Assembly: GCA_963676565.1 (NCBI GenBank) | Contig: OY781089.1 | Coordinates: forward strand, 224,001-288,000 | Source: Halarcobacter sp. | GTDB lineage: Bacteria; Campylobacterota; Campylobacteria; Campylobacterales; Arcobacteraceae | Reading direction: 5' to 3' | Length of the DNA: 64,000 bases | In this document: positions 1 to 10,756 of the stretch, piece by piece | How the letters are laid out: every line of letters begins with the position of its first letter | Numbering within the stretch: position 1 is the first letter of the stretch | Made by a program: the position numbers and the translations under genes | The notes under the pieces: model-generated | The model's database searches: none | Seen by the model: the letters and a program-made list of their open reading frames with translations, nothing else | What the model was told of the DNA's origin: nothing

Positions 1-1
1 A

Positions 2-424
2 ACAGTAAAATTTATATATGATGTTCAAAGTATTCAATTAGATTCTGATTTTAAAAAGAAAATTGTTATTGATATGAATAGAGAAACAATAATTGCAGGT
101 GCGGATATACCAATTGACCCGGTTACAGTTGCTAGAGAAAATTTTACAATTAGAATAAAAAAATCTCCCTTAGATGAAAATCAATGGGATGATAATAAAG
201 CAAACCCTGGTAAAGATATTGGAGATGATGTAAAACTCGATAATAAGCCAATTGCTGTAAATATTGATAATACCCTAATGAATTCAAAAGGAGCTCCAAC
301 AATTTCTGATTTAGTTAGAGCTATGAAAGTAATGAAACTTCCAATGACCGATATAATTGAAACAATTAAAATCATTAAAGAGATGGGTGCATTAAATAAC
401 GTTGAACTGGATATAAGAGGATAA
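2..424 (+). CDS. flgI: Flagellar P-ring protein, C-terminal part (5' truncated by window edge)
   Basis: Frame is open from position 2 (TVKFIYDVQ...KIVIDMNRETIIAG). KIVIDxxxxTIIAG and the terminal PTISDLVRAM...DIIETIKIIKEMGAL..ELDI match the FlgI C-terminus; the gene abuts fliM. Confidence 0.8.
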   Translation, partial: TVKFIYDVQSIQLDSDFKKKIVIDMNRETIIAGADIPIDPVTVARENFTIRIKKSPLDENQWDDNKANPGKDIGDDVKLDNKPIAVNIDNTLMNSKGAPTISDLVRAMKVMKLPMTDIIETIKIIKEMGALNNVELDIRG

Positions 425-425
425 T

Positions 426-1526
426 ATGGCTGAATTTTTAAGTCAAGATGAAATTGATGCACTTTTAGATATTGCTGAAGCTGGAGAAGATATAGATGCT
501 TCTACAGAAGAACAGATAATATCAAAAGAAAAAAACTATTCTATTTATGATTTTAAAAAACCAAATAGAATCTCAAATGAACAGTTTAAAGCTTTTTCAA
601 CTTTACATGATAAGATGTTAAGAGACTTAATTACTGACCTCTCAGCAATGCTTAGAAAGATAGTTGATATTAAACTTTATTCCATTGAACAAATGACTTA
701 TGGTGAGTTTATCCTTTCAATTCCACAATTAACTTCACTAAATACACTTTCAATTAAACCACTTGATGGAAGAATTGTTATTGAGTGTAACCCTGGAATT
801 TCACACAAGATTATTGCAGAATTATTAGGAAGTGGAGCAGTTGCTGCAAGTGATAATTTAGATAGAGAATTAACAGAAATTGAAGTAAATATCTTTGAAC
901 ACTTCTATAAAATGTTCATAAAGCATATGTACAAAGCTTGGGATGAAGTAACAACATTAAACTTTAAAATTGAGTCAAGGGATACAAATGCTAATGCAAT
1001 TCAAATTATCTCTGACCATGAGATTGTTTTACTAGTTGTACTTGAAATTACAATAGATGAAGAATCAGGCTTTCTTTCTATTTGTTACCCTATTTCATAT
1101 ATTGAAACACTATTAAATAAAATCGTTGAAAAGATGTTTAATGAAGGTAAAAATAAAAAAGCTAGTAGAAAAAAAGATATAACAACATTAATTTCTGGTG
1201 CAAAAATGAAAGTTGAAGCAATAATGGCTGAAACAGAATTAACAGTTGAAGACTTATTAAAAATAAAACCTAATGATGTAATAGTATTTAATAAAAATGC
1301 TAGCTCTTCATCTTCAAAACTTTATGTAAATAAAACTGAAAAGTTTTTAGGTGTTTCTGGAATATCAAATAATAGAAAAGCAGTTCAAGTAAAATCTAAT
1401 TTAGACCATGAGAAACAAGAAACTTTAGAGATTTTAAGATTAATGAGAGAAGATAGAATTAAAAAATCACAAGAGTCTAAAGAAAATATCAAAAGACTCT
1501 TAAGTGAAAGAGGAACTAGAAGGTAA
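426..1526 (+). CDS. fliM: Flagellar motor switch protein FliM
   Basis: N-terminal LSQDEIDALL CheY-binding motif, YDFKKPNRIS, EQMTYGEF, RELTEIE, and a C-terminal SpoA-like region. Confidence 0.95.
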   Translation: MAEFLSQDEIDALLDIAEAGEDIDASTEEQIISKEKNYSIYDFKKPNRISNEQFKAFSTLHDKMLRDLITDLSAMLRKIVDIKLYSIEQMTYGEFILSIPQLTSLNTLSIKPLDGRIVIECNPGISHKIIAELLGSGAVAASDNLDRELTEIEVNIFEHFYKMFIKHMYKAWDEVTTLNFKIESRDTNANAIQIISDHEIVLLVVLEITIDEESGFLSICYPISYIETLLNKIVEKMFNEGKNKKASRKKDITTLISGAKMKVEAIMAETELTVEDLLKIKPNDVIVFNKNASSSSSKLYVNKTEKFLGVSGISNNRKAVQVKSNLDHEKQETLEILRLMREDRIKKSQESKENIKRLLSERGTRR

Positions 1527-1528
1527 AT

Positions 1529-2545
1529 TTACCCTTCAATACTCCAAGCTAAAGTTTCACTAGCATACATTGGTACTACATTTTCACTATTATAAGTATA
1601 AATTTGTGGTACAACAAAATCTTTTTGTACTAGTTTAATAGTTTTTTCTACGGGTTTAAAATCATATATGTTTTGTGCATTTAAACTAACAAATGCATTT
1701 AAATTTTCTAATTTACCATTCTTATCAAATAGTTCAGTTAATACTTGTAAAGCTATAGGAGATGTAAATACTCCAGCAGCACAACCACAACACTCTTTTT
1801 TGTGTTTTGGATGGGGAGCACTATCACTTCCAAACATCAATTTTGGATGTGCTTCAAGTGCAGCATTTAATAATGCATCTCTATCTTCTGGTCTTTTTGC
1901 AATAGGTTTACAAAAAAGATGTGGCTGTAACATACCTCCAGCAACATCATCTAAAGTAATTAGTAAATGGTGTAAAGTAACTGTTGCGTATAAATTATCA
2001 TATTTATCTAATAACTCGATTGCATCTTTTGTTGTGATGTGTTCCATAATGATTTTTAGATTAGGGAATGAAGAAGCAATAGACTCATATATAGGCATAA
2101 ACTCTTTTTCCCTATCCATAACAAAACCATTTGTTTCACCGTGAATACATAAAGGAATTCCAAGTTTACTCATTGATTCCAATGTTGGTCTTAAATTTTC
2201 AATATCCATTGATGATACACCTGTCTCAGAATTGGTTGTAATCCCAGCTGGATAAAGTTTAATTGCTATAATTTCATCTTTAATATCTTCTAAAAAGTCA
2301 TAAGAATAATCATCTTTAAAAAATAAGGTTACATAAGGTTCAAAATCATCACCTTTACAAGCTTCAATGATTCTTTGTTTATATGATAAAAGTGCTTCTT
2401 TAGTAGTAACAGGAGGCACTAAATTAGGCATGATTAGAGCTCCTGAAAAAGTATTTGAAGTAAGTGGTCCCACAAGTTTTAGCATCTCACCATCTCTTAA
2501 GTGAAGATGCATATCAAGTGGAGAATTGATTTCAAAACTTCGCAT
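1529..2545 (-). CDS. pyrC: Dihydroorotase (homodimeric type)
   Basis: [43 protein letters not shown] motifs. Confidence 0.95.
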   Translation of the reverse strand: MRSFEINSPLDMHLHLRDGEMLKLVGPLTSNTFSGALIMPNLVPPVTTKEALLSYKQRIIEACKGDDFEPYVTLFFKDDYSYDFLEDIKDEIIAIKLYPAGITTNSETGVSSMDIENLRPTLESMSKLGIPLCIHGETNGFVMDREKEFMPIYESIASSFPNLKIIMEHITTKDAIELLDKYDNLYATVTLHHLLITLDDVAGGMLQPHLFCKPIAKRPEDRDALLNAALEAHPKLMFGSDSAPHPKHKKECCGCAAGVFTSPIALQVLTELFDKNGKLENLNAFVSLNAQNIYDFKPVEKTIKLVQKDFVVPQIYTYNSENVVPMYASETLAWSIEG

Positions 2546-2546
2546 A

Positions 2547-2888
<342 letters not shown>

Positions 2889-2971
2889 TCATTTCCTTTT
2901 TTTGATTGTCTTATTTTAGCAAAACTTAGTTAAATCTAAATTATTACTCTCTTTTACATCTAAATTATTAA

Positions 2972-4159
2972 TTAAAATGCCCTTTTGAATTCAGGATAAG
3001 CTTCAACACCACACTCATCAACATCAAGTCCTTGCATCTCTTCATCATCTGCTGCTCTTAAAGCAACTATTTTGTTAAGAATAAACAATACAACAAAAGA
3101 GACACAAAAGGCGAAGATTCCAACTACAACAACACCTTTAAGTTGTCCCATAAATGTTATATCATCTCCATTACTTGCAAAGATTCCAACTGCTAAAGTT
3201 CCCCAAATACCATTTAATAAGTGAACCGATAAAGCACCCACTGGATCATCAAGTTTTAATTTATCAAAGAAAGATACTCCAACAACAACAATCACACCAC
3301 CAATTGCACCAATTAAAATTGGAGTATATATATCATATAAATCAGGCCCTGCAGTAATTGCAACTAATCCACCTAAAGCTCCATTTAATACCATTGTAAT
3401 ATCAAGTTTTTTATACTGAAAATACATAATTATTGAAACAATAATTGCACCAGCAAGTCCAGCTGTATTTGTATTCATAATAGTTAATGCAACTGCATCA
3501 GCACTCTCTTTTGAAGCGATTGAACCAACAGAACCTCCATTAAATCCAAACCAACCAATCCATAATAAAAAAGCACCTAAAGTCACAAGTGGGATATTTG
3601 ATGCAGGGATTACTCTAACTCCACCACTTTTTGGATATCTTCCTTTTCTAGCTCCAATTATAATAATTGCAGCTAATAAAGCCCATCCACCAGTACTGTG
3701 AATAACAGTAGAACCAGCTAAATCATACATTGACAAATCTAAGAATGTTCCATCAAGCATGTCAGCTCCCCACGACCAGTTTACTACTGTAGGATAAATA
3801 AAACCACCCATAATTACAGTAAAAATTGCTAAAGGAATAACTTTTGCTCTTTCACTTACACCACCTGACATAATATTGATTACTTTACCAACAAAAGCCA
3901 TTTGAAATAAAAATGCTGCCCATTTTGACATTGAATCACTTCCAAAATCACCAAATGCAATTGAATAACCTACAAGTAAAAATGCCATAGATGCTATTGC
4001 ATAAATCATTGTGTTTACCATTAACACAGCAGAAACATTCTTTGTTCTAACAAGTCCAGCCTCTAGCATAGCAAACCCAGGAACCATAAAAATGATTAAC
4101 GTCATCGCAAAAAGTGCAAAAAACGTGTCAATAACATAACTAACTGATTGTAAATCCAT
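2972..4159 (-). CDS. amtB: Ammonium transporter (Amt family), paralogue 2
   Basis: GFAMLEAG, DLAGSTVIH, WFGFNGGS, DDPVGALSVH; both channel histidines present; multiple TM segments. Confidence 0.93.
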   Translation of the reverse strand: MDLQSVSYVIDTFFALFAMTLIIFMVPGFAMLEAGLVRTKNVSAVLMVNTMIYAIASMAFLLVGYSIAFGDFGSDSMSKWAAFLFQMAFVGKVINIMSGGVSERAKVIPLAIFTVIMGGFIYPTVVNWSWGADMLDGTFLDLSMYDLAGSTVIHSTGGWALLAAIIIIGARKGRYPKSGGVRVIPASNIPLVTLGAFLLWIGWFGFNGGSVGSIASKESADAVALTIMNTNTAGLAGAIIVSIIMYFQYKKLDITMVLNGALGGLVAITAGPDLYDIYTPILIGAIGGVIVVVGVSFFDKLKLDDPVGALSVHLLNGIWGTLAVGIFASNGDDITFMGQLKGVVVVGIFAFCVSFVVLFILNKIVALRAADDEEMQGLDVDECGVEAYPEFKRAF

Positions 4160-4228
4160 ATTTAACCCTCATCAAATTTTTTGTAATGAGCATTATATAG
4201 TTTAATAAGATATTTTTGAGAATAAAAA

Positions 4229-4245
4229 TGTATAAAAAATATACA
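4229..4245. promoter_or_regulatory. 17-bp palindromic operator TGTATA-N5-TATACA upstream of amtB paralogue 2
   Basis: TGTATAAAAAATATACA is the exact reverse complement of the copies at 5941 and 6089; it lies 31 nt upstream of a minus-strand TATAAT (4192-4197). Confidence 0.8.
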
Positions 4246-4256
4246 GTGAGATAAAT

Positions 4257-4293
4257 TTTATATCAGTGAAGAATAAATCTCCACCGATATAAA
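4257..4293 (-). terminator. Stem-loop after the amtB-glnK operon
   Basis: 16-bp stem whose two mismatches become G-U pairs only on the minus (transcribed) strand. Confidence 0.65.
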
Positions 4294-4298
4294 GGGGC

Positions 4299-4640
<342 letters not shown>

Positions 4641-4657
4641 TTAAATCCTATTCTCTA

Positions 4658-5872
4658 TTAAGCTTTTTTGAACTCTGGATAACATTCAAGACCTGTTTCG
4701 TGAATATCAAGACCAGTGATTTCAGTTTCTTCATCAACTCTTAGTCCAACAACTAAGTCTAAAATTTTCCAAACAATGAATGAAACAATGAATACGAATG
4801 CACCAATTACAACAATACCTTTGATTTGAGCCATGATTGTTACATCAGGGTTAAAGATACCAACTGCTAGTGTTCCCCAGATACCTGCTACTAAGTGAAC
4901 AGATAAAGCACCCACTGGATCATCAATTTTTAACTTATCAAAGAATGGAACTGCAAATACAACAATCGCACCACCAACAATACCTTCAATAAATGCAACT
5001 AACATACCTAAGTCTGGACCAGCTGTACAAGAAACAAGTCCTGCTAATGCACCATTTAGAACCATTGTTAAATCAACTTTTTTGTATAGAAGTTGAGTTA
5101 AGATAGCAGCCATAACAGCACCTGCTGCAGCAGCCATATTTGTATCAGCAACAACTAATGCAATTCCATCAATATCAGCTTTTGAACCTAAAGCTAATTG
5201 AGAACCACCATTAAATCCAAACCATCCCATCCATAAGATGAATGTACCTAATGTAGCAAGAGTTAAGTTTGAACCAGGAATTGGTCTTACTTTACCATCT
5301 TTAGTATATTTACCTTTTCTAGCTCCAAGGATTAAAACACCTGCTAATGCAGCCCATCCACCAACAGAGTGAACAATTGTAGAACCAGCGAAGTCAGAGA
5401 AACCAGCAATTAAACCACCAAGCTCAGTTCCACCCCATGTCCAGTGACCTTGGATTGGATAAATTACACCTGATAAAACAACAACGAAAATTAAGAAAGG
5501 CCATAATTTCATTCTTTCTGCAACAGATCCTGAAATAACTGAAGCAGCTGTAGCAACGAACATAACTTGGAAGAAGAAATCTGCTGCAGCTGGATATCCA
5601 GAGTCAGGACCATTTTCCATAGAAATTGTCGAGAAACTTCCCATGAAAGAAGAACCGTCACCATACATTAAGTTATACCCAATAAAGTAATACATAATAC
5701 AAGAGATTGCAAATAACGCAATATTTTTTGTTAAAACCGTCGCATTATTCTTTGATCTTGTAAGACCAGATTCTAGCATTGCAAAACCTGCTGCCATCCA
5801 CATTACTAATACACCAGAAAATACAAATAGAAACCCATCTAATATGTATTTTAAGTCGTTAAAATTTTCCAT
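4658..5872 (-). CDS. amtB: Ammonium transporter (Amt family), paralogue 1
   Basis: GFAMLESG, FFQVMF, DFAGSTIVH, WFGFNGGS, DDPVGALSVH. Start placed at ATG 5872 (MENFN) because an AAGGA SD precedes it. Confidence 0.95.
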   Translation of the reverse strand: MENFNDLKYILDGFLFVFSGVLVMWMAAGFAMLESGLTRSKNNATVLTKNIALFAISCIMYYFIGYNLMYGDGSSFMGSFSTISMENGPDSGYPAAADFFFQVMFVATAASVISGSVAERMKLWPFLIFVVVLSGVIYPIQGHWTWGGTELGGLIAGFSDFAGSTIVHSVGGWAALAGVLILGARKGKYTKDGKVRPIPGSNLTLATLGTFILWMGWFGFNGGSQLALGSKADIDGIALVVADTNMAAAAGAVMAAILTQLLYKKVDLTMVLNGALAGLVSCTAGPDLGMLVAFIEGIVGGAIVVFAVPFFDKLKIDDPVGALSVHLVAGIWGTLAVGIFNPDVTIMAQIKGIVVIGAFVFIVSFIVWKILDLVVGLRVDEETEITGLDIHETGLECYPEFKKA

Positions 5873-5940
5873 ATTTTTCCTTTTCAAAAAATGTATGTCG
5901 AAATTGTAACAGATAAAAACCTGAGTGAATACATATACGG

Positions 5941-5957
5941 TGTATATTTTTTATACA
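5941..5957. promoter_or_regulatory. 17-bp palindromic operator upstream of amtB paralogue 1
   Basis: TGTATATTTTTTATACA, 32 nt upstream of the -10 hexamer (5903-5908) of a minus-strand extended -10 TGTTACAAT. Confidence 0.8.
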
Positions 5958-6088
5958 ATAGTGAGTTGATAATTAGTTAGTCATTATATAAGAGCCTAGT
6001 CTTCATGGTATCTCTAGAGATTATTAGTTAAAAAATAAATTTTAAACGTTTTTTTATTAATTTTACATATTTGTATTTTTTAAATAAT

Positions 6089-6105
6089 TGTATATTTTTT
6101 ATACA
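6089..6105. promoter_or_regulatory. 17-bp palindromic operator at the promoter of the pglG-like/regulator/glnD operon
   Basis: TGTATATTTTTTATACA, 21 nt upstream of the -10 hexamer of the extended -10 TGTTATAAT (6124-6132), so it touches the -35 zone. Confidence 0.8.
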
Positions 6106-6147
6106 TAGATTTTATATACAGTGTGTTATAATAAAAAAGGAGTATTA

Positions 6148-7008
6148 ATGAAAGAATATTTAGATGTATATTTTCAAAATAGAAATAAAATTGAAGACTT
6201 TATAGAAGAGACTTTTTTAAAAATTGGAGAGCTTAAAAACTTAAGAGATACAGGCTTTAGAGATGTATTTAAACTTTTCCCATCATTAGAATTAGTCTAT
6301 ATAATTGATAAAAAGTCAAAGATACAGATTTCTCCTAACTATTTTAGAACCTATGAAGATAAAAAAGCTTTAGGTATTTCTAGAGATTATCTTTTAGGAA
6401 AAATTCATTTTGATCAAAAAACAAATTCTGCTTTTACCTCAGCTTATGTAAGTAGTGCTACAAAGAACTCTTGCATAACCTTTTGTGTGCAAGAGGAAGA
6501 TTATATTATATTTTTTGATTTTAAAATAGAAACTATTTTGGAAAGATTAAGTTTAATAGAACTAAATAAACCTTTTCATACTATAACTAAGACTTTTTAT
6601 TCCATTGCTGGATATTCGATGTTTGCTTTGTCTTTATTTATAGTTTGTTATTCAATATATGATTTCACTCATTCATTTTTGATAAAAGGTATTTTTGATT
6701 TAGACACAATTTTTAAACCTATTATTGCATTAACTTTAGGTATTGCAATATTTGATTTAGCAAAAACAATTTTAGAGCAAGAAGTTTATTTTAAAAGTTA
6801 TTCAAAAAACTCTAAAGTTGAAACAAAAATGATTACTAAGTTTTTAATTTCAATTATTATTGCTTTATCAATTGAGGCTTTAATGGTTGTATTTAAAATT
6901 GCAATTAATGATTACGACAAAATGATTAATGCATTTTATTTAATTGCTGGTATTTCATTGATAATGATAGCATTATCGATATTTATATATTTAACAAAAA
7001 AGAAATAA
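6148..7008 (+). CDS. PglG-like membrane protein (N-terminal PDC/Cache-like soluble domain plus about four C-terminal TM helices)
   Basis: C-terminal AIFDLAKTILEQEV...KFLISIIIALSIEALMVVFK matches my recollection of Campylobacter PglG. Start at ATG 6148 after AAGGAG. Confidence 0.7.
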   Translation: MKEYLDVYFQNRNKIEDFIEETFLKIGELKNLRDTGFRDVFKLFPSLELVYIIDKKSKIQISPNYFRTYEDKKALGISRDYLLGKIHFDQKTNSAFTSAYVSSATKNSCITFCVQEEDYIIFFDFKIETILERLSLIELNKPFHTITKTFYSIAGYSMFALSLFIVCYSIYDFTHSFLIKGIFDLDTIFKPIIALTLGIAIFDLAKTILEQEVYFKSYSKNSKVETKMITKFLISIIIALSIEALMVVFKIAINDYDKMINAFYLIAGISLIMIALSIFIYLTKKK

Positions 7009-7036
7009 ATTATAGTATAATATAAGAAGGTGAAAC

Positions 7037-7795
7037 ATGGAAAACTATATAGCTATATCTAAAAACTCAAAGGAGATTTTAAACTCTGCACATCTATTGC
7101 AAAGTGTAGAAGTTAATGCTTTAATCTCAGGTGAAGCAGGTGTTGGTAAAAAATCTCTTGCAAAGTATATATTACCAAAAGCCCCGCTATTTAAAGCAAA
7201 AAATCTGCAACAAGATATTGCTGATAATATTATCAATCTACAAAACTGTTCAATAATTATTGATAAAATTGAAAATATTACAAATATTGATTTACTAATT
7301 AATTGGGTAAATGAAAATGGTATTAGAGTTGTTGCAACAACAATGAAAGATGATTTAAATTCAAAGTTAGAAGAGCTTTTCTCAATCACAATTGAATTAC
7401 CACCTTTAAAAGATAGAGAAGAGGATGTAAAAGCTCTAACTACAAAATTTTCAAAAGAAGCAAGTAGTACATTAGATTTGGATATAATAGTACCTTCTAG
7501 ATTAATGATAAATATCTCAAATAATGCTCATAGTTTAAGAAAATCTATATATTTTTCATACCTTTTTGAAACTATTGGTGAAGATGAAATTTTAATGTTT
7601 ATGGAAAACTATATGTTCTCAAATATGGAAGGGGAAAACTCATATAAAGATTTTCTATATTTATTAGAAGTACCTATGTTAAAAGCAGCAACAAAAAAAT
7701 ACAAATCACAAGTACAAATGGCAAAACATTTAGGACTTAATAGAATTACACTTCGAAAAAAACTAGACGGTCACAAGGAATTTTTAGATGGTTAG
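7037..7795 (+). CDS. Degenerate NtrC-like regulator (reduced AAA+ domain plus Fis-type HTH; no receiver domain, no GAFTGA)
   Basis: Walker A GEAGVGK, LPPLKDREEDV, and C-terminal SQVQMAKHLGLNRITLRKKL; overlaps the glnD start. Confidence 0.8.
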   Translation: MENYIAISKNSKEILNSAHLLQSVEVNALISGEAGVGKKSLAKYILPKAPLFKAKNLQQDIADNIINLQNCSIIIDKIENITNIDLLINWVNENGIRVVATTMKDDLNSKLEELFSITIELPPLKDREEDVKALTTKFSKEASSTLDLDIIVPSRLMINISNNAHSLRKSIYFSYLFETIGEDEILMFMENYMFSNMEGENSYKDFLYLLEVPMLKAATKKYKSQVQMAKHLGLNRITLRKKLDGHKEFLDG

Positions 7796-10319
7796 CGAAC
7801 TAAATATTGAAATTGAAGAACTTATATCTCAAGGAGCACAAGATTTTGAAATTTCAAAAATTTTTAGAAACTACTTTAAAAACTATGTAAACTCTATTGA
7901 TACTACTCTTGAAACAACAGGAGGGAAAGACTTCTTTGTTCAACACACAAAACACACTGATAAATTTTTAATAGCTTTATACAAATACATATTAAGAAAA
8001 CATTTTAAAAACTATCAACCAATGAGTACCTCAATACCTATTACCTTAATTGCATTAGGAAGTTATGGAAGGGAACAATTGTGTATCTACTCTGATGTGG
8101 ACTTAATGCTTTTATATGAAGATGTTCCAGGTTATAACTTAAGAACTATTATGGAAGATTTTATCACTTTAGCTTGGGATTGTGGCTTAAAACTTGGTTC
8201 AAGGGTACATGAACTAAAGGATATTGCAGAGGGTGTAAAAGAGGATATTACAATAAAAACCTCTATTATTGAATCAAGAATGATTTATGGATCAAAATAT
8301 CTTTGGTATGGTTATGAAAATGTACTTAAAAAGATAAAAGAAACAGACAAAAAACAATTTGTATTAGAAAAACTTGAAGAACATAAACAAAGACTTTTAA
8401 AATTCCCACTTAAAATGGAACCAAATATTAAAGATGGTTATGGGGGAATGAGAGAATCGAATATGGTATTTTGGATGGCAACAGTTATCCATGGAGTTTA
8501 TGATACAAAAGAGCTTATTGGTCAAGAGTTTACAGAAGATGAATACAAAAAATATAGAGCTGCTTTAGAATATATTTTTCAAGTAAGAAATGCTTTACAT
8601 AATATCTCAAAAAAGAAACTTGATGTTGTAAATTTTGATATCTTGCCAGAACTTAGTACAAAATTAGGTTTTAATCATACTCCACGTTTAACTAAAGAGC
8701 GTCAGTGTATGTCTAAACTTACTGAATCTTTACATAGGATACATCATTTTTCATGCACAATGGTTAAAAAATTTACAAGACAAGTTTTATTTGAAAAAGA
8801 GAATATATCTAAACTCAAAAAATATAGATTTAAAAAAAATCTTTATATTATTGATGATAAATTATATTGTTCTTTTTCAAATAAACCAAAAACTTTAAAT
8901 GCCTTAATTAAAGAATTTATTGAACTTCCTGATACAATTAAAGCTTTTGATAGGTCATATCTTTATTATGTAAGTAGAACTAAAATTCCAAGTAAACAAA
9001 CTAAAGAGTTAAAAAAGAATATAAAAACTTTATTATATAAACCAAATTTGTATCCACTTATAAAGATGATTTATAATGGTAGACTTTTTCAAGCAATTTT
9101 ACCAATAGGTAAAAAAATTGTAAATCAACCTCAATTTGATGGCTATCATCAACACCCTGTTGATATCCACTCAATAAAAACACTTAAAAAATTAGAAGAG
9201 ATAAAAGACCCTTATGTTCGAGAAGTTTATGACTCAATGGATGAAAAAGATAGAGCTTTAGTTAGACTTGTTGCCTTACTACATGATGTTGGAAAAGGAA
9301 GAGTAGTAGACCATCATATTGCAGGAGAAAAACTATTTAAAAATATGACTAAAGCATTTGAATTCGACCCAATCCATATTCAAAGGGGTGCAGTACTAGT
9401 AAGATACCATAATATGATGAGTAAGTTTGCAACTAGCAAAGATATTTACTCTGAAAAAGTGATTCTAGCCTTTACTGCATTATTAGAAGATGAACTAACT
9501 CTAAAAATGCTTTATGTTGTTACATATGCAGATATTTCTGCTGTTGGTGATAGTGTATATAAAAGTGCAACCTCTTCACTTTTAAGACAATTATATCTTC
9601 AATCTTTACCTGCATTTGAAAATAAAAATCTATTAAATGAGAATGTAAGAAGACACAAAAAAGAAGAAACAATTAAAAAATTAAAAAGATATAAAGAGTT
9701 GTCTCAAATTAAGAAGAAAAAACTTATGTATATTTCTTCAAATCAAATTTTCTTGCAACTTAGAGCAAGTGAAATCATGGATATTGCCCTTGATGCATAT
9801 GAGGTTAAAGATTTTAAATATGAGATAGATAATACAAAAAATCTAAGAATAAAAATTATTAGAGCAATACCTCTAAACTTGGGTTATATGCTTGGTAAAT
9901 TAGAGTTTTTAAATATCTCAACATTAAATATTTTCAAACTTTATGACGATAAAAAATACTTTGAAATTAGATTTGATGAAGGAGTTGAGGAAGGGGATTT
10001 AATCTATATAGATAGTGTTATAAAAGATTCATTTGATATGAGTAAAAAAACTAAACTTCTTTCACCTGAAATAAAAAAAGAAAATATCACAATTGATTGT
10101 AATCACTCAGCATATCTTGCTTCTATGCACGTAGTTGCTAAAGATCAAAAAGGTCTTTTTGCTTATATTGCAAAGGTATTTGATGATTTTGAAGTTGAAA
10201 TTGAAAGTGCAAAATTGAGCTCTATGAAAAAAGTGGCAAATGATTTATTCCTTATTGAAAAAGATGGAAACTTTTGTGCAAATCAAGATGAAATCATTGA
10301 ATCCCTTTGTAGCAAATAA
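7788..10319 (+). CDS. glnD: [Protein-PII] uridylyltransferase / uridylyl-removing enzyme
   Basis: NTase motif ALGSYGREQLCIYSDVDL, NIKDGYGGMRE, QFDGYHQHPVDIH, HD motif LLHDVGKG, C-terminal ACT-like DQKGLFAYIA; 843 aa. Confidence 0.92.
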   Translation: MVSELNIEIEELISQGAQDFEISKIFRNYFKNYVNSIDTTLETTGGKDFFVQHTKHTDKFLIALYKYILRKHFKNYQPMSTSIPITLIALGSYGREQLCIYSDVDLMLLYEDVPGYNLRTIMEDFITLAWDCGLKLGSRVHELKDIAEGVKEDITIKTSIIESRMIYGSKYLWYGYENVLKKIKETDKKQFVLEKLEEHKQRLLKFPLKMEPNIKDGYGGMRESNMVFWMATVIHGVYDTKELIGQEFTEDEYKKYRAALEYIFQVRNALHNISKKKLDVVNFDILPELSTKLGFNHTPRLTKERQCMSKLTESLHRIHHFSCTMVKKFTRQVLFEKENISKLKKYRFKKNLYIIDDKLYCSFSNKPKTLNALIKEFIELPDTIKAFDRSYLYYVSRTKIPSKQTKELKKNIKTLLYKPNLYPLIKMIYNGRLFQAILPIGKKIVNQPQFDGYHQHPVDIHSIKTLKKLEEIKDPYVREVYDSMDEKDRALVRLVALLHDVGKGRVVDHHIAGEKLFKNMTKAFEFDPIHIQRGAVLVRYHNMMSKFATSKDIYSEKVILAFTALLEDELTLKMLYVVTYADISAVGDSVYKSATSSLLRQLYLQSLPAFENKNLLNENVRRHKKEETIKKLKRYKELSQIKKKKLMYISSNQIFLQLRASEIMDIALDAYEVKDFKYEIDNTKNLRIKIIRAIPLNLGYMLGKLEFLNISTLNIFKLYDDKKYFEIRFDEGVEEGDLIYIDSVIKDSFDMSKKTKLLSPEIKKENITIDCNHSAYLASMHVVAKDQKGLFAYIAKVFDDFEVEIESAKLSSMKKVANDLFLIEKDGNFCANQDEIIESLCSK

Positions 10320-10426
10320 TAATCTTAAAACAACTAAGTAAATAACTTAATTATTTATTAAGACTTGTAGCATTATAATTTGATTAGAGGATATCTCTAA
10401 TATCATGATATCTTTTAAAAGGATGT

Positions 10427-10744
10427 GTGGTGAAGATGCAGCAAGCTTTTGGGGCAAAAGTTACTACTTTAAAGTTCGAAAATAAATTCGCAACATATGC
10501 TGTATTTTTAAAAAAAACAGCAAATAGAGATCAAAGAATATCACTATTTAACAATTTAAAAAGATTAGTATCAACTGAAATATGGACAAATGAAAACATT
10601 GATTTTATTATTATAGAATTAACTCTGAATAAGAAAAAGTATGTTCAAAATAATAATCTAATCTCATACATTGGTGAAGTACAAATTGATTTAAAAAAAT
10701 TAAATAGTCTAATGACAGGAGATTTCTCTTTAGCTGAAATGTAA
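10427..10744 (+). CDS. Hypothetical protein, first gene of an uncharacterised five-gene operon; weak resemblance to an Inhibitor_I9/subtilisin propeptide fold
   Basis: AAGGA SD before GTG/ATG starts; ends 12 nt before the next gene. The exact start (10427/10430/10436) is uncertain. Confidence 0.55.
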   Translation: MVKMQQAFGAKVTTLKFENKFATYAVFLKKTANRDQRISLFNNLKRLVSTEIWTNENIDFIIIELTLNKKKYVQNNNLISYIGEVQIDLKKLNSLMTGDFSLAEM

Positions 10745-10756
10745 AAAGGATATACA

